DNA of 64,000 bases from Stegostoma tigrinum. Taxonomy: Eukaryota. Under the pieces are notes generated by a model that did not search any database, was not told the DNA's origin, and was given only the letters and a program-made list of their open reading frames with translations. The translations under genes and the position numbers were made by a program. Below, piece by piece: positions 1-12,238 of the stretch (position 1 is its first letter; every line of letters begins with the position of its first letter). The stretch covers positions 21,080,001 to 21,144,000 of the forward strand of contig NC_081377.1 of NCBI RefSeq assembly GCF_030684315.1, in the 5' to 3' direction.

Positions 1-222
1 CAAGGGTGGCGCAGTGGTAGTATGGCGCACTGACCTCTACATCGCCGAGGCCAAACACCAACTCTCCGACACCACCTCCTACCGCCCCCTTGATCATGAC
101 CCCACCCCCGAGCACCAAACCATCATCTCCAACACCATTCATGACCTCATCACCTCAGGGGACCTCCCACCCACAGCCCCCAACCCCACACGGCCTGTTT
201 CTATCTCCTTCCCAAAATCCAC
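1..222 (+). mobile_element. Penelope-like element RT fragment (probably Neptune-type), cut by window edge
   Basis: Translation KGGAVVVWRTDLYIAEAKHQLSDTTSYRPLDHDPT resembles the (AD)KGGAVV N-terminal motif of PLE reverse transcriptases; followed by pLTR-type repeats. Confidence 0.75.
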
Positions 223-225
223 CAT

Positions 226-609
226 GGATGAACACAGCAGATCAGGCAGCAGAGATGCAGGAAGGCCGACATTTCAGGCCTAGACCTTTCATCTGAAATG
301 TGTTCATCAGGCTCCACACCTTGTTATCTTGGATTCTCCAGCATCTGCAGTTCCTATTATCTCTGAATCAATTTTAACCCCACTGCGAAGCCTCTTCCAA
401 GGATGCCTAACCTGATGAAGTTACCCTCCTCCCTCCAGACAAACCTCAGTGGATCTCTCTCCCACTGACTCATCTTCAATCTGCCTCCCCCTCTCCCTAT
501 TTATTTCAGAACCCTCTTCCCCTGCCCCATTTCTGATGAAGGGTCTTGGCCCGAAACGTCAGCTTTCCTGTTCAACCTGCTGTGTTCATCCAGCTCCACA
601 CCTTGTTAT
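226..609. mobile_element. Rearranged Penelope terminal-repeat (pLTR) fragments in both orientations
   Basis: Shares blocks (ggatgaacacagcag; ctgtgttcatccagctccacaccttgttat) with copies at 31.6, 46.0, 47.6, 58.0, 58.9 and 63.6 kb. Confidence 0.75.
533..560 (+). ncRNA. Minimal hammerhead ribozyme motif (family A)
   Basis: CTGATGA-A-GGGT/CTTG/GCCC-GAAA-CG-TC: intact core, stem II, palindromic CG stem III, GUC cleavage triplet. Confidence 0.65.
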
Positions 610-2558
610 TGAATATTTGTTAGACTTATTTTGGCGAGTACTACCATTCCAATGTTAAAAAATTTCCTTTTATGTACAGGAGTTAATGCACAAACTCAGT
701 AATTATTTACTCAAGATCCTTGAGTAACTCAACTTCATATTGAGTGAACTCAAGCAAGGTAATAACAATAAATCAAGACTCATTTCAAATCTGATTACAA
801 ATTAGATCAATATGATCCCAGGATTCTTACACTACAATTATACTGCTCTGAAGTTCAAGAAATAAATCTAGACCCATCTATTTGTACACCTGGATGTTAA
901 AGATCCAACAGGCACTGAGAGGTGGCTTTTTGATCTCAGGATCCAGGAAAACATTTCCAACTATTAGAAGTCAGATGACTGATCACTGATCTGTCATATG
1001 TAGGATCATGATGCAAAGGAAGCAGCTACATAGCTATTGTTACCTTTCTAGGTAGTTGATATGCTAATTGATTAAAATTTCCAAGCATACTTCCATATAT
1101 TTTCAAATCAGAATTACAACACAAAGGAGTGATTACACTGGGGAGTAGATTCAGATTTAGACTGCTATTTGTCAATGCAGACTCGACACGCTGAAGGACC
1201 TCTTCTGTCCCAAAGGCAGAACGAATATCCACGTCAAGTGTTTGCACCAAGAAAAGTTCAGAGCAAAGCTCCGTATATCTCAGTCCCCTTCCAAAGCAGC
1301 ATTTATTACACAATTACCACCTCACTCCCCCAGAAGATTTTAAAGTTGCCTGCTTGCTTTACACAGCAGGGGATTCTTACACAGGCATCAGAAGTGAATG
1401 ACCGATTTAATCTTCGCTAACCCAGAGAAAGGCCAAATGACAACTATTTCTTCCCTAATCAGCTGTTTAAAATCAAGGAGTCTAACTGAAATTTACTGGA
1501 CTCCTTGGTTCACCTAATCCCCAGCGAAACTTAGGCATTTATGCCAAGTAGACTTCCTCTAAAGAGTGACACTAATCATGGCAAAAGCACATGACGACTA
1601 TACTGGAGGAATTTATCACTCCCAACTCAAATCAAGAATGGTCAATTAAGATATGTTAGTCTGCAGTTAATATTATTTCAAGGAACAAATATAGTACATC
1701 TGCTTGCGATGACTGTAGAGCCAGAATTTTCAGAAATGCAACACATACCACCTTACGCATGTAAATATTTGGAACTCCTTTTGTCAAACAGCAACCGATG
1801 CCAGATCAATACTATTTTTGAAAAAAAAACAAACATTTTACAACTGAGTAACAAAGGCTCACAGGATTTAGGTTGCAGATCAGCCATGATCTCAGTGAAT
1901 TACAGAACAGTTTGTAAAGGGTCAAATGGACTACAGTACTTCCTGTTTCTATAATCTAGTTCGGGAACATGCATACCAAGACATGCTCATACAAGTTACA
2001 GAAATGTATTGCATTTGCTTCAGTTTAAACCCTGCACAAAATGCTATCAAATCATTACAATCAAATTAACTTTCATTTTGGTTTATATCTAAGTTTCTGA
2101 TTTGCTCAATTCAGGCTATCTTCAGCACAAATTATGGAAGAATACTAGCAACATGTTCATAGCCTAAGGAACTGAATTATTCCAACTGATTATGTATTCT
2201 ATTGCAATGTGCGATTTGGTAACAGTAAAATAAAGCAAACAGGCTGAAGTTTTGTTAAATTGTAGACTCAGTTACCCCTACAGTATGAAGTTCAGTATAA
2301 CTCACCAATTTTAACTCTGCTAACTGCCCTGTTTAAAGTATATTGGGGAGAGTGATATCCTGCAATCTCCCTTGTTGCAATCACAAAATGAAACAGACAA
2401 CTCAGATACAACATAATGTACTATAAAGAACAAAGTCAAATTCAGAGTTAAGGTAATAAATGTTGTCATTTGGTGATAACCTGAACACTGGTCTTGCCAA
2501 TGATGCCTGTACTTTTTAAAAAGAGACCAATTCTAGTTACTATTTTAAAGAAGAATTT

Positions 2559-2628
2559 TAAGTAGGTAGTATAGTGTATGGGAAATTATATGATAAGTAG
2601 GTAGTATAGTGTACGGGAAATTATATGA
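2559..2628. repeat. 35-bp tandem duplication (2 copies, 1 mismatch)
   Basis: taagtaggtagtatagtgtaYgggaaattatatga x2. Confidence 0.95.
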
Positions 2629-3272
2629 TCACATCACTGTCTCCAACATAATTAGATATGTGGTTCTCATCACAATCAAAGCCTATGTAACTGCATCATC
2701 CTTACCATCTGCTTAAAAGTATTTCCTTGAGAAAATAAAATACTCCCAAAAGCTTAACGTTTGTGGGTTACATGAACCAATTTCAGCAAAAACATTCATC
2801 TTAAAAAGCAGTGCTTGAATTGCCCTCAGTTTTTGTAACATGGCATTTTCTATTGACCACGTCAATAGCAAAAGTGACGACATATCTAATTGAAACCCGA
2901 CAGCTTCCGTTCACAAAGCTTCCTGGCTTCTCTGAAAAATTAAACTACCTACTCATTTGAAGAGTGAATCTGCCTTAAAGCTTGCTACAAATTATCTTGA
3001 AAGATAGGGTTTTATTTCTCTTCAATTTACACACCTCCCCCCCGCCTCCAAAATGGCATGTGTTTTCAACAAGTCAAGCACGAAAGTTACAATTGAGAGG
3101 TTCAAAGTAGCTCACCAACTGAACACAATCTATCCCAAGGCTAAGTGTACTGGAGTCTGCTTAAACAGTCAAACCAGCAGTGGTGTAAGGGCCACTAGAC
3201 AAGACATGCAAGAACACATTTGGATGAAATAATGTCTTTACCTTTTTGAAAGGCAAGTCAAATAATGTCCTT

Positions 3273-3585
3273 TAGATTAGATTAGATTCCCTGCAGTGTG
3301 GAAATAGGCCCTTCGGCCCAACAAGTCCACACCTCCCTTTTGGAGCATCCCACCCAGACCCATCTCCCTATAAACCCTCTTAATCTACACGCCCCTGAAC
3401 ACTACAGGAAATTTAGCATAGCCAATCCACCTGGCCTGCACATCTTTGATCTGTGGGAGGAAACCCATGCAGACACGGGGAGAACGTGCAAGCTCCGCAC
3501 AGACTGTTGCCAGAGGCTGGAATTGAACCCAGGTCCCTGGCGCTGTGAGGCTGCAGTGCTAACCACTGACCTACCATGCCACCCT
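3273..3585 (-). mobile_element. tRNA-derived SINE with CR1-type tail (HE1/V-SINE-like)
   Basis: Minus strand has A-box-like TGGTAGGTCAGTGG, B-box GGTTCAATTCC and an (AATCT)n tail; truncated second copy at ~37945-38215. Confidence 0.8.
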
Positions 3586-4789
3586 TAAAGGCAATTGCCC
3601 CAAAACAGCAAATTTTAAGGCTGAAAACAAGTATTGTTAAAACTTAATGAAGCCACAATACAAGATCTCTAATAGATGCAAGTTATTTAAAAGGCTAATA
3701 ACAACTTTCACTCAAGAAGCTTGCCTGAAGAAACATGCAACCCACATTTCATTTGATTCTACAAGCATCTCCTATATTTGCCATAAAAATATTCTTCCTA
3801 AACTCTAGCAAATTTCAGCTGCAGCAAGTTAGGACAAGCAAAGCATAACCAAATCTTTAAGGTTTGCTGCAGGTAAGGTTTACTTTGCAGCAGCCTAAGC
3901 ATTAACACTATTATGTACACTGCATTGTCTGTTCAGGTTTTACACAAAATTCTCTCTTCAGAGAGATTCAAAATTTGATTCACATTATTGAATCAAAATT
4001 AGTTCACAGGGAACATTTTATTCCAGTAAAAGTATGAAGTCTCCCCTCAAGATATAGTACATTCCTACTGAATGAAGCATACAGAAAAAGAAAACCTCAA
4101 TTGAAAAGTAACTGCAGGATCACACTAAATTCGTGTCTAAAAAAAGTTCCACATCAACTATCAAGTTTTCCAATACTTTAAGAGAATTTTGAGTTTTATT
4201 CATCTCATACGTTTTGCAAGGTTACCAAACAATTCGATCGATTCTCTCGTACAGAGTTAACACTCCTTTACACCATCACCAGCTGCATCTTAAAATGCAT
4301 TAGGAAGATCTACACAAAAAAAAGTCACTGTACAAACAGTTAAACGTCGTCTCAGTCTTCAACTTTCAAACATTATCAAACATCGTTAATTAGCAGAAGA
4401 CCATCATAATCCAAAAGAAAGGCTAGTACCAAAACAAAACCAACCGCTCCTTGTTCCTCACCCAGCCCACAACTCAGGAAGTCAGCAACAACTCCTTCAA
4501 GCGACAACTGAAATCCCGAGAGTATAAGTTATTTACATACCCCCACTTCACACGCACCTTCCTATCGTCATGGAAATCCGGGCCCTATCCCACAAACCCC
4601 TCCCTACTCCCTTACCTGAAAGCGTAAAAAAAATTTCAGAAACCGCAATATAAGCAGATAAAGCAGACAGAACCGAAAACAGCACGACTTGTGCACTACC
4701 ACTCGCGTTAAAGAAACTAAATCTTGAAACAAGAAATGCATCCGCACTAACAGTACCGTATCCTAGCACTCCCCACTCGAGCCACTCAC

Positions 4790-4870
4790 CTGAGATCGGA
4801 CCGCTCCCACTACTCCAAAACCGTCGCCGGAAATACCGCAGGCATCCCATAGCACCCCGCGCCACCCCGG
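4790..4870 (-). other. Probable first exon of an unidentified gene continuing past the left edge (5' end approximate)
   Basis: Strong donor CTCAG|GTGAGT at 4790/4789 inside a CpG-rich island (~4540-4980). Confidence 0.6.
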
Positions 4871-5000
4871 ACCCAATTTCCGCTATCGCCTAATAAGGAA
4901 AAAAAAAGGCCTTTCGGCCGGAGCGATCTGAAGACCGGAGCTGAGTTATCGGAAATGAGAGGAAAAGTCGTCTGAGGAGGGGCTGTATTTACTTCACACG
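4820..5000 (-). promoter_or_regulatory. CpG-rich promoter region
   Basis: Local CpG enrichment in a CpG-depleted background; ETS-like CCGGAAAT and TCGGAAAT motifs. Confidence 0.55.
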
Positions 5001-6379
5001 TACACACTATCCCTCATTCATTATAGAGGCCTTTTTGTTTCATTGAACCCAGTGTGGCAGTATTGAAAGTTGGCTGGTTCACAATGTTTATCTGCTTACA
5101 GAATCCTTCTAATCTCAACTCCCATCCTTTTCTATTTAAATATTTCCTGACAGACCAAAATATAACAGCAGATTGTTTTTAGGAATGGCCGCTATGTTTA
5201 CTCACAATTTATAATTACTGAACTGCAACAAGTATGGGTGAAATGTTTGTGACTATTACCTAATTAGTTTTTTTTAAGATAGAAAGAACTTACTAAAGTA
5301 TATCTTGGCTGACTAAAAGTTACAGCTTTCTGTGATGGCGGAGTAAATAACGCCTCATGCTATACCAATTGTTTATTAACCCTAACCCTGAAACGTGAAG
5401 GGAACAGCTATAAAGGGGAAAACGTATATAAAACAAAAAAAAAGTTTATCTGAATGATTCAGGTTGCATTTACGCATCAAATAACTGGTTTCACTGACTT
5501 GATTATGGCACAAAGTCGCTATGAAAGATTGAAAGCAAAGATCAAGGTAACAGTCTAAAGAAACCATGTATTTTTTTTAAAAGACAAGCATGCGTTATGT
5601 GCATCCGACAGGAAGTAATGTGAGGGATACTGCCAATTAATTGAGGAACTAACTTAGTAGAATACTAAATACGAAGAAAATTGCATAAAGTAAAAGATAA
5701 TTAGAAACACAAGGCATAAATGATCAGCACAACAAAGGAAAAATCAGATAATCAGACTCCCACTGTTGCCAAAACGCTGCTACTTATTTCCGAATGTGCA
5801 CAAAGTCCAATTCACCCACCATTCGAGGTACTGGATGATCCACATTGTTGCTGGATCAGGAGCCACTTTTATTTTAAAGTTCCACCTACAGCCTCCTCCC
5901 TTCCTATCCTGAGACTTCTGCACTCATCTGATCTGGGCTTTCTGCGTCTTTTCTTTGAACTGTTCCCCTTTGTTAACAATATGTGTAGTTACTGGACATA
6001 AAATTCTAGCATCTCCTTGTAAGCTTATCTATCCTCCATCATGGCAATCCTTAAAACCAAATTTTTCACTTGTCCTGATATCTTCTCTTGTCAATGCCAA
6101 GTTTTAGAACATTCCTAAAGGTGCTAGATAAATGCAAGCTGTCGATGGTGTTGCAATAATAACTATCTGCCAGACAAGATCCAATCAGCAGTTGATAAAA
6201 AAAACTATGAACTCAGAAATTACATAAATTATTTCATAATACTTTCTGACTGAAAAGGCAATTTTAGAAATACTTCAAAAGTAATATTACATTAATTTAT
6301 TGCCAAGAATAGTGGAAAGTTGGATGCCAGCCCCTGTTTTCCAGTCAGTGACATACTTAAAGCCCAGCTATGCATCAGA

Positions 6380-7400
6380 TCACAAGATTGTCTGACATAG
6401 CAGCAGAAGGCCATTCTTCCCATTAAGACAGCTGCACCATTCAATGAATTCATGGCTGATCTAATAATTCTTAACTCCACTTTCTACCTTTTTCCCATAA
6501 CCCTTGGTTACCTTTCTGATTTTAAAAATATGTAATTCCATCTTGAATATACTTAATGACCTGGCCCCAACAGCCCTGTGGTAAAGAATCTTATGGATTC
6601 AGTACCCTCTAAGAAAAGAAATACCTTTGGATCTCTATCCTAATTTGGCAACCCCTTAAATGAGATAACAAAGTGTGAAGCTGGATGAACACAGCAGGCC
6701 AAGCAGCATCTCAGGAGCACAAAAGCTTTCCCTTAAATGAGATTATGCCTTCTGTTCCTGGAGTCACATACAGTAAATGACTTCTCTGCATCTTGTCAAG
6801 CTCCCTAAGAATCTTTTATGTTATTAATCTTCTAAACTCCAATGAGTAAAGGCACAGCTTATGAAACTTACCTCATAAGAAAAATCCTTCATAACCAATA
6901 TCAACCAAGTGAACTTTTTTGGACTGTCTCCAGTGCCAATACGTATTTCTTCAGAGAAGGGGACCAGAACCGTTCACAGTATTCTAGGGCTGGTATAACT
7001 AATTCCTTGCACAGTTTTAGCAAAACTTCCTTGTTTTTTTTTCTCCATTCCTTTCAAACTAAAGGTCAACATTTCATTTGCCTCTCCATTACCAGCTGAA
7101 CTTGTAGCTTTTTGTGATTAAAGCATGGGGGACTCCTAAATCCTTGTGCTGTAGCTTGCTTCAAATCTTCTCTAATTTAACAACATTTAGCTCCTCTATT
7201 CTTCTTGCCAAAATATGTAATCTTAAATTTTCCCACATTATGATCAATCTGCTAAGTTTTTGTCCATTCATTTAACTTGTCTACATGCCCCAGCAGATTC
7301 AGTGTCATCTTTAACACTTGCCTTCTCACCTGTTTTTAATGCCATCTGCAAACTGGATGATAATTTCTCTTTCCTCATCCATGTGGTTAATAATACTGTA
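6380..7400 (-). mobile_element. Decayed CR1 LINE 3' portion
   Basis: Reverse complement resembles the CR1 RT C-terminus and 3' UTR seen in better-preserved copies (33628-34405, 52600-53840); boundaries approximate. Confidence 0.6.
6667..6729 (-). mobile_element. 63-nt Penelope pLTR micro-insertion with 14-bp target-site duplication
   Basis: Flanked by cccttaaatgagat at 6653-6666 and 6730-6743; insert matches the family A pLTR. Confidence 0.85.
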
Positions 7401-10135
7401 AATAATTACAGCCCTCATCACTGGGAAGCAAGGTGAGGCGGTGTGATCCAACACAAGCTGCATAGGTAACAAACTTGATATTTTTGTGGGTTGAGTTTGA
7501 GAGATCCCACACGAGTCTCCAGTGGATCAGAGGAGCTGCACAATATTTCACCCGTAACCATGACAGCCATTGGGTTAGGCTGGCCACTCACAGTTTGGAG
7601 TTGCAAGTCTCATTTCCAGCAGTTGGCATAGTTCTGTGACATTTTCCCAGGACTGCCTCAGTTTGCAATATCACTGTGCCTCACTCATTTGGACAAAAAG
7701 CATTGAGGACGATTGACTCTGGATCTCTTGTATACCCTCCTTTTGAAGGTGTCTTCTGCGGTGCCTTCTTCATGTGGAGGCTGTTCAGCAGCTGCACGTC
7801 ATTGGATTTTCTGGCCAATCGTTTCCTCCTCAACTTCCTTGTGCTTTCATTGGACTAAAGTGGCGATGGCTCCTGCTGTGCCTGAATCATTGGATGCACA
7901 GTTTCAATAAACCTGTGTCAGAAACAGTACAGATTCTTGGTAATATAAGCAATTAACATTCACATCACACACAAATGACCATTTGCCATAATCCTCCATA
8001 CAGTGGGACATGGAATGCTTTTACATGGACCTTTGACATACAGGACTTTATTCTGACATATGAAGTATAATCTATGTAGTGCAAATCCAGTAGGGATTTG
8101 TAGGTGCAGTAGGATTACTGAAACTTTGACCCTGTCCCACAACATCTAAGAAGGCAGAATTACATATGAAAGCATGTTGGCAAGTACTTACAGTTCAAGG
8201 TGAGAGGAAATCAACTCCATATAATGTGTAGCCTACAATATCTTGGATTGTCCTTATGAATTGTGTACCATTGGTTACAGTTTTAAGGTTGCCTGTGATT
8301 ACTTCTACTACACAGAGATGACTTAAGATCAGTTTGTAAGGACCAATGACATGATCAAGATTGCTCATGAATGTGATTTATATACCAAATAGTTGGACGT
8401 TGCAAGAGTTTCACATTTACGGTATACAATGATTACAGGAGTCTTAACCTGTACTGTGTAAGTGTCTGATTAATACAGTTGTCTCTCGAAGGGTCTCATG
8501 TTGGCCGCAAGTAGGGCCTGCATGCTCAAACAAGAAATAAACCCTTCCCCCATTCAGTTGGACCACAATCATTTTTGATTCCAACTGTGTATTTGTATTT
8601 CAGATGAGAACGAGTGCACCGGGCTTGTACTTGCTGGGGTTTGTTGTCCATTGAGCCTGGTGCACAAAAATCAGACTTGCTACTTGTTCATCTAAATACT
8701 TTGACAGCAGTGCTGTCACAACTGTTAGACCGTCTGCCAGTCAGCATGATGCCTCTAATTCCCACAACAGACTTTCTCAACTTCCCTTCCAAGTGATGGT
8801 CCCTGGTAAACACCTGACGTTTACTGAGCAGAGGCCCCAGATCTTATCCTGGCTCCTGACCAACTTTAAAGAACAGTTGCACTGATAAGTGAATGGATGC
8901 CTGATGGATGTCAGTGCAACTTCTGCATTGACCTCCTGCTAATTCCCCAGACAGCCCTATAGGACTGGCCATGGCCCATTCATCAGACTATAGTGATATG
9001 GAACCTCTTATCATGATTGCAAGAAGTGGACAACTAACTGCATTGAAGTCCTGGACTGAGATTGGATGCTGCCCTTGACTGGCTGTGGTGACACCTCCCA
9101 CGTGATGCCCTTGACTTCTCTGAGGGTGATCCCCATCAGACTTTGAAGTGTGGCTTTATGGCTAAAGCACATAGTATATTTGCTGCATTAACTGCTGGCA
9201 CATGGTATAGGTGTAACAGTGCCATAGCCTAGTGCTAAAAAGCAACATGTCCACCTCCTTCAATGCTCACTACTGACAACTATAACACGCTGCCTGGTGT
9301 TATGGCTGCACTAAATGGTAACACTAGTGAACCTTTAAATTCTGCACGAGGTGGCAAAGTGCCAACAGACAAGGCAGAGAAGCTGTGAGCAACTGAGTGG
9401 TGCAAAGTAAGCAAGCACTAGGAGACCAAGCTAAGAACCCTGAGATACATCACTTTCCCACAATTAGGTGAGTGCCTGATCCTGCCTGCAAAGTGGCCTA
9501 GCAGCAGCATAACAATGCAAGGTGCCATTGTGCTCTAAAATGCAATATCAAAGTGGCAAACAGCATTCTTTAAGTTAGTCCAAAATGCACCATGATGAGG
9601 AGGTAAGGCTGGTGAATGCCCAATGTCAACCTCTGTGAATGGCAGGTGCAGGCAGTTGCTGTCATGGTCTGTGCTTTAAGATGTTTTGGAATTTTTGGCC
9701 AATATAGAGGTACAGAGGAGTAAACAGTGAGCTGGAGCTGCAAGATACCTGCCCTTACCTTGATGACAGGAATTGTCACCATCTAGCTTCTCTCCTTCAC
9801 GTGAGAGAGTTGGAAATTGCTTACAAATGAGGTAAGATTGGAATAACAGTACAGAAAGGAACAGACCCTGCAGCTCACCAAGACCGATACCTTTCTAAAC
9901 TGAAAAGCTTATGCCTCTGTGGTCCATATTTGTCAATAAACCTCTTAAACGTTGCTGTTGTATCTGCCTTTACCAACTCCTCAGCAGCGCATTCCAGGCA
10001 TGGCTCTCAAATCACCTTTAAAATGCACCTTCTTTTACCTTGAACCTATGTTCCCTAGTAATTGAACTTTCTGCTCCACACCCACAACACCCCCCTCCCC
10101 CAATTACAGTTGTTCAAGAAAACAGCTCACCAACA

Positions 10136-10482
10136 AGGTAATGAGAGGCATGGATAGAGTCGATAGCCAGAGACTTTTCCCCAGGACAGGATTGACTGCC
10201 ATGAGGGGTCATAGTTTTAAGGTGTTAGGAGGAAGGTATAGAGGAGACATCAGAGGGAGATTCTTCACCCAGAGAGTTGTGAGCGCATGGAATGGTTTTC
10301 CAGTGGTAGTCGTGGAAGCGGCGTCATTAGTGGCATTTAAGCGACTGCTGGACATGCACATGGACAGCAGTGAATTGAGGGGAACGTAGGTTAGGTTATT
10401 TTATTTTTGGATTAGGATTATTCCACAGCACAACATTGTGGGCCAAAAGGCCTGAACTGTGCTGTACTTTTCTATGTTCTGT
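10136..10482 (+). mobile_element. CR1 LINE 3' end
   Basis: ORF MRGMDRVDSQRLFPR...TRGH-like...FFTQRVVSAWN; tail ttctatgttct. Confidence 0.85.
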
Positions 10483-11759
10483 TACCTTCTGGAGGACAAC
10501 TGAAGATGGGTAATAAATGCTAACCAGCTGGCAACATTCACATACAAGGGATTTGTAATCCTTTTCTTTTTCCTTTGTCAATGTTTGGTGTTAGCCTTTA
10601 ATTCTCTAGAGTAGACAGTTTGAATACCTCATTCAAGAGACTGTTACACATCCCAAAGGGCATTCTAGTACGTTACATTGTTGTGGTGTAGGTGACTGCT
10701 GACAGCTGACAAAACCCAAAGTCATCGGTAGATCGGTTGGTAGCATTCCCTGCCTGGGTAGTCAGAGCACCACACCCCACCACATATGATATGTTTAATT
10801 GAGGCACCATCTGCAAACTGAAGTCAACATAAAAGAGATCGTGCTCCCACAGCACTATTCTGAAGATTGGAGGAACTTATTCCTGTTGTCATGGCAATTT
10901 TTTCTTAATGCATTCACAGGATGAGGGCACTACTGGCTTTTGCAGCATTGATTATCCATCCCTAATTGCCCAGTGGACAGTTAAAAGTCAACCACATTGC
11001 TGTAGGTCTGCAGTCAGATGTAAGCCAGCCAAGGCAAGACCCAGAATATCTCCGGGTTTCTGGATGAACAGTCCAGTGATCATTATACTATACCATTGCA
11101 AAGTAACAAATGTTGTAGAAGTCACATAGTATTAGCAAGCAAATTATGAGGCCACCCCAGAGAATGGTGGTGGTGGTGTCTCTGGTAAAACCCAAACAGT
11201 AGTAAAAGCTTTTTAAAAACAGGGAGAATTGCACTCTTGTAATTTTGTAGCAATCTTATGGTACCATGCATGAGGCAAAAATGTGGCCAGAGGGCAGGTG
11301 ACAACTTGAGCCTATTCTTTGACCAGAGCTATTCAAACAAACAGGATGAAAAGTCAGCCTTTGTGTATTTAGTTAAGTATTTATATTAATATAAATATTA
11401 GATACTTGCTAATCTACAAATAATGACTTTGAAAGTTTTTTTTTCAACACCCAAGTTAGAGGAGAAAAAGCACAAATAAAAAAAGAGACACTTACTGAAA
11501 ACCAAAAAAACGATTGTCAAAGCTGTCTTCTGTCATGACTGTTTTTGTGCTGTGTAGCTGATGCATAATACGTAAACCATTGGGTATTCAGCAATCACCT
11601 AAACAAATGACTGAATACTCTGCTTTAAACATTACACATGAGCTTAACCTTTTGTGGGGTGGGGGATAGTAATTTGTGACCCCCACACTTAAATCATACC
11701 TTTGGATATTCTTGATGTGTGTTGCATTATCCCAATCACTTTCAATCCAGCCCAGACTG

Positions 11760-12238
11760 GCAAAAAGGCAACAAATGGCATGTTTATTAAGGGATTAGAA
11801 TGCAAGAATGAACATGTTTTGTTTGGATTAATTGCACATTGTTTCAGTGAGACCACATCTAGAATACTGTGCAGTTTTGGTCTCCATATTTCAAAGAGGG
11901 GTTATGGGTACCAGCAAAAAAGTTTACTGAACTGGTCTTTGGGATACAAAAATGATCAGAGGTATTGGTAGGGTGGACAGCCAGAGATTTTTTTTCTCTA
12001 GGGTGGAGATAGCTATTACAAAGCGTCATAGTTTTAAAGTGAGCGGAGGTAGATTCTTTACTCAGCGAGTGGTTAGGGGTGTGGAATTGGCCTCATTCAG
12101 GGCATTTAAGTGGCTATTAGGTAGACATATGGATGATAGTATAAAGTAGGGGTGGAGGTTAGATAGACCTTTGGTTTACAGTAAAAGTTCAGCACAACAT
12201 CATGAGCCAAAGGGCCTGCACTGTCCTATGTTCTATGA
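11760..12238 (+). mobile_element. CR1 LINE fragments (composite)
   Basis: RPHLEYC-like and GIGRVDSQRFF...FFTQRVV motifs; tail ctatgttctatg. Confidence 0.75.

Noticed and set aside
2559-2628. CRISPR-like or functional repeat array
   Set aside because: Two adjacent copies with no spacer; ordinary tandem duplication in a eukaryote
3500-3585. tRNA gene (A and B boxes)
   Set aside because: No full cloverleaf; it is the head of a SINE
4790-4870. Naming the left-edge gene from human synteny (e.g. THRAP3, ADPRS, AGO cluster)
   Set aside because: No recognisable coding homology in the window; any symbol would be a guess
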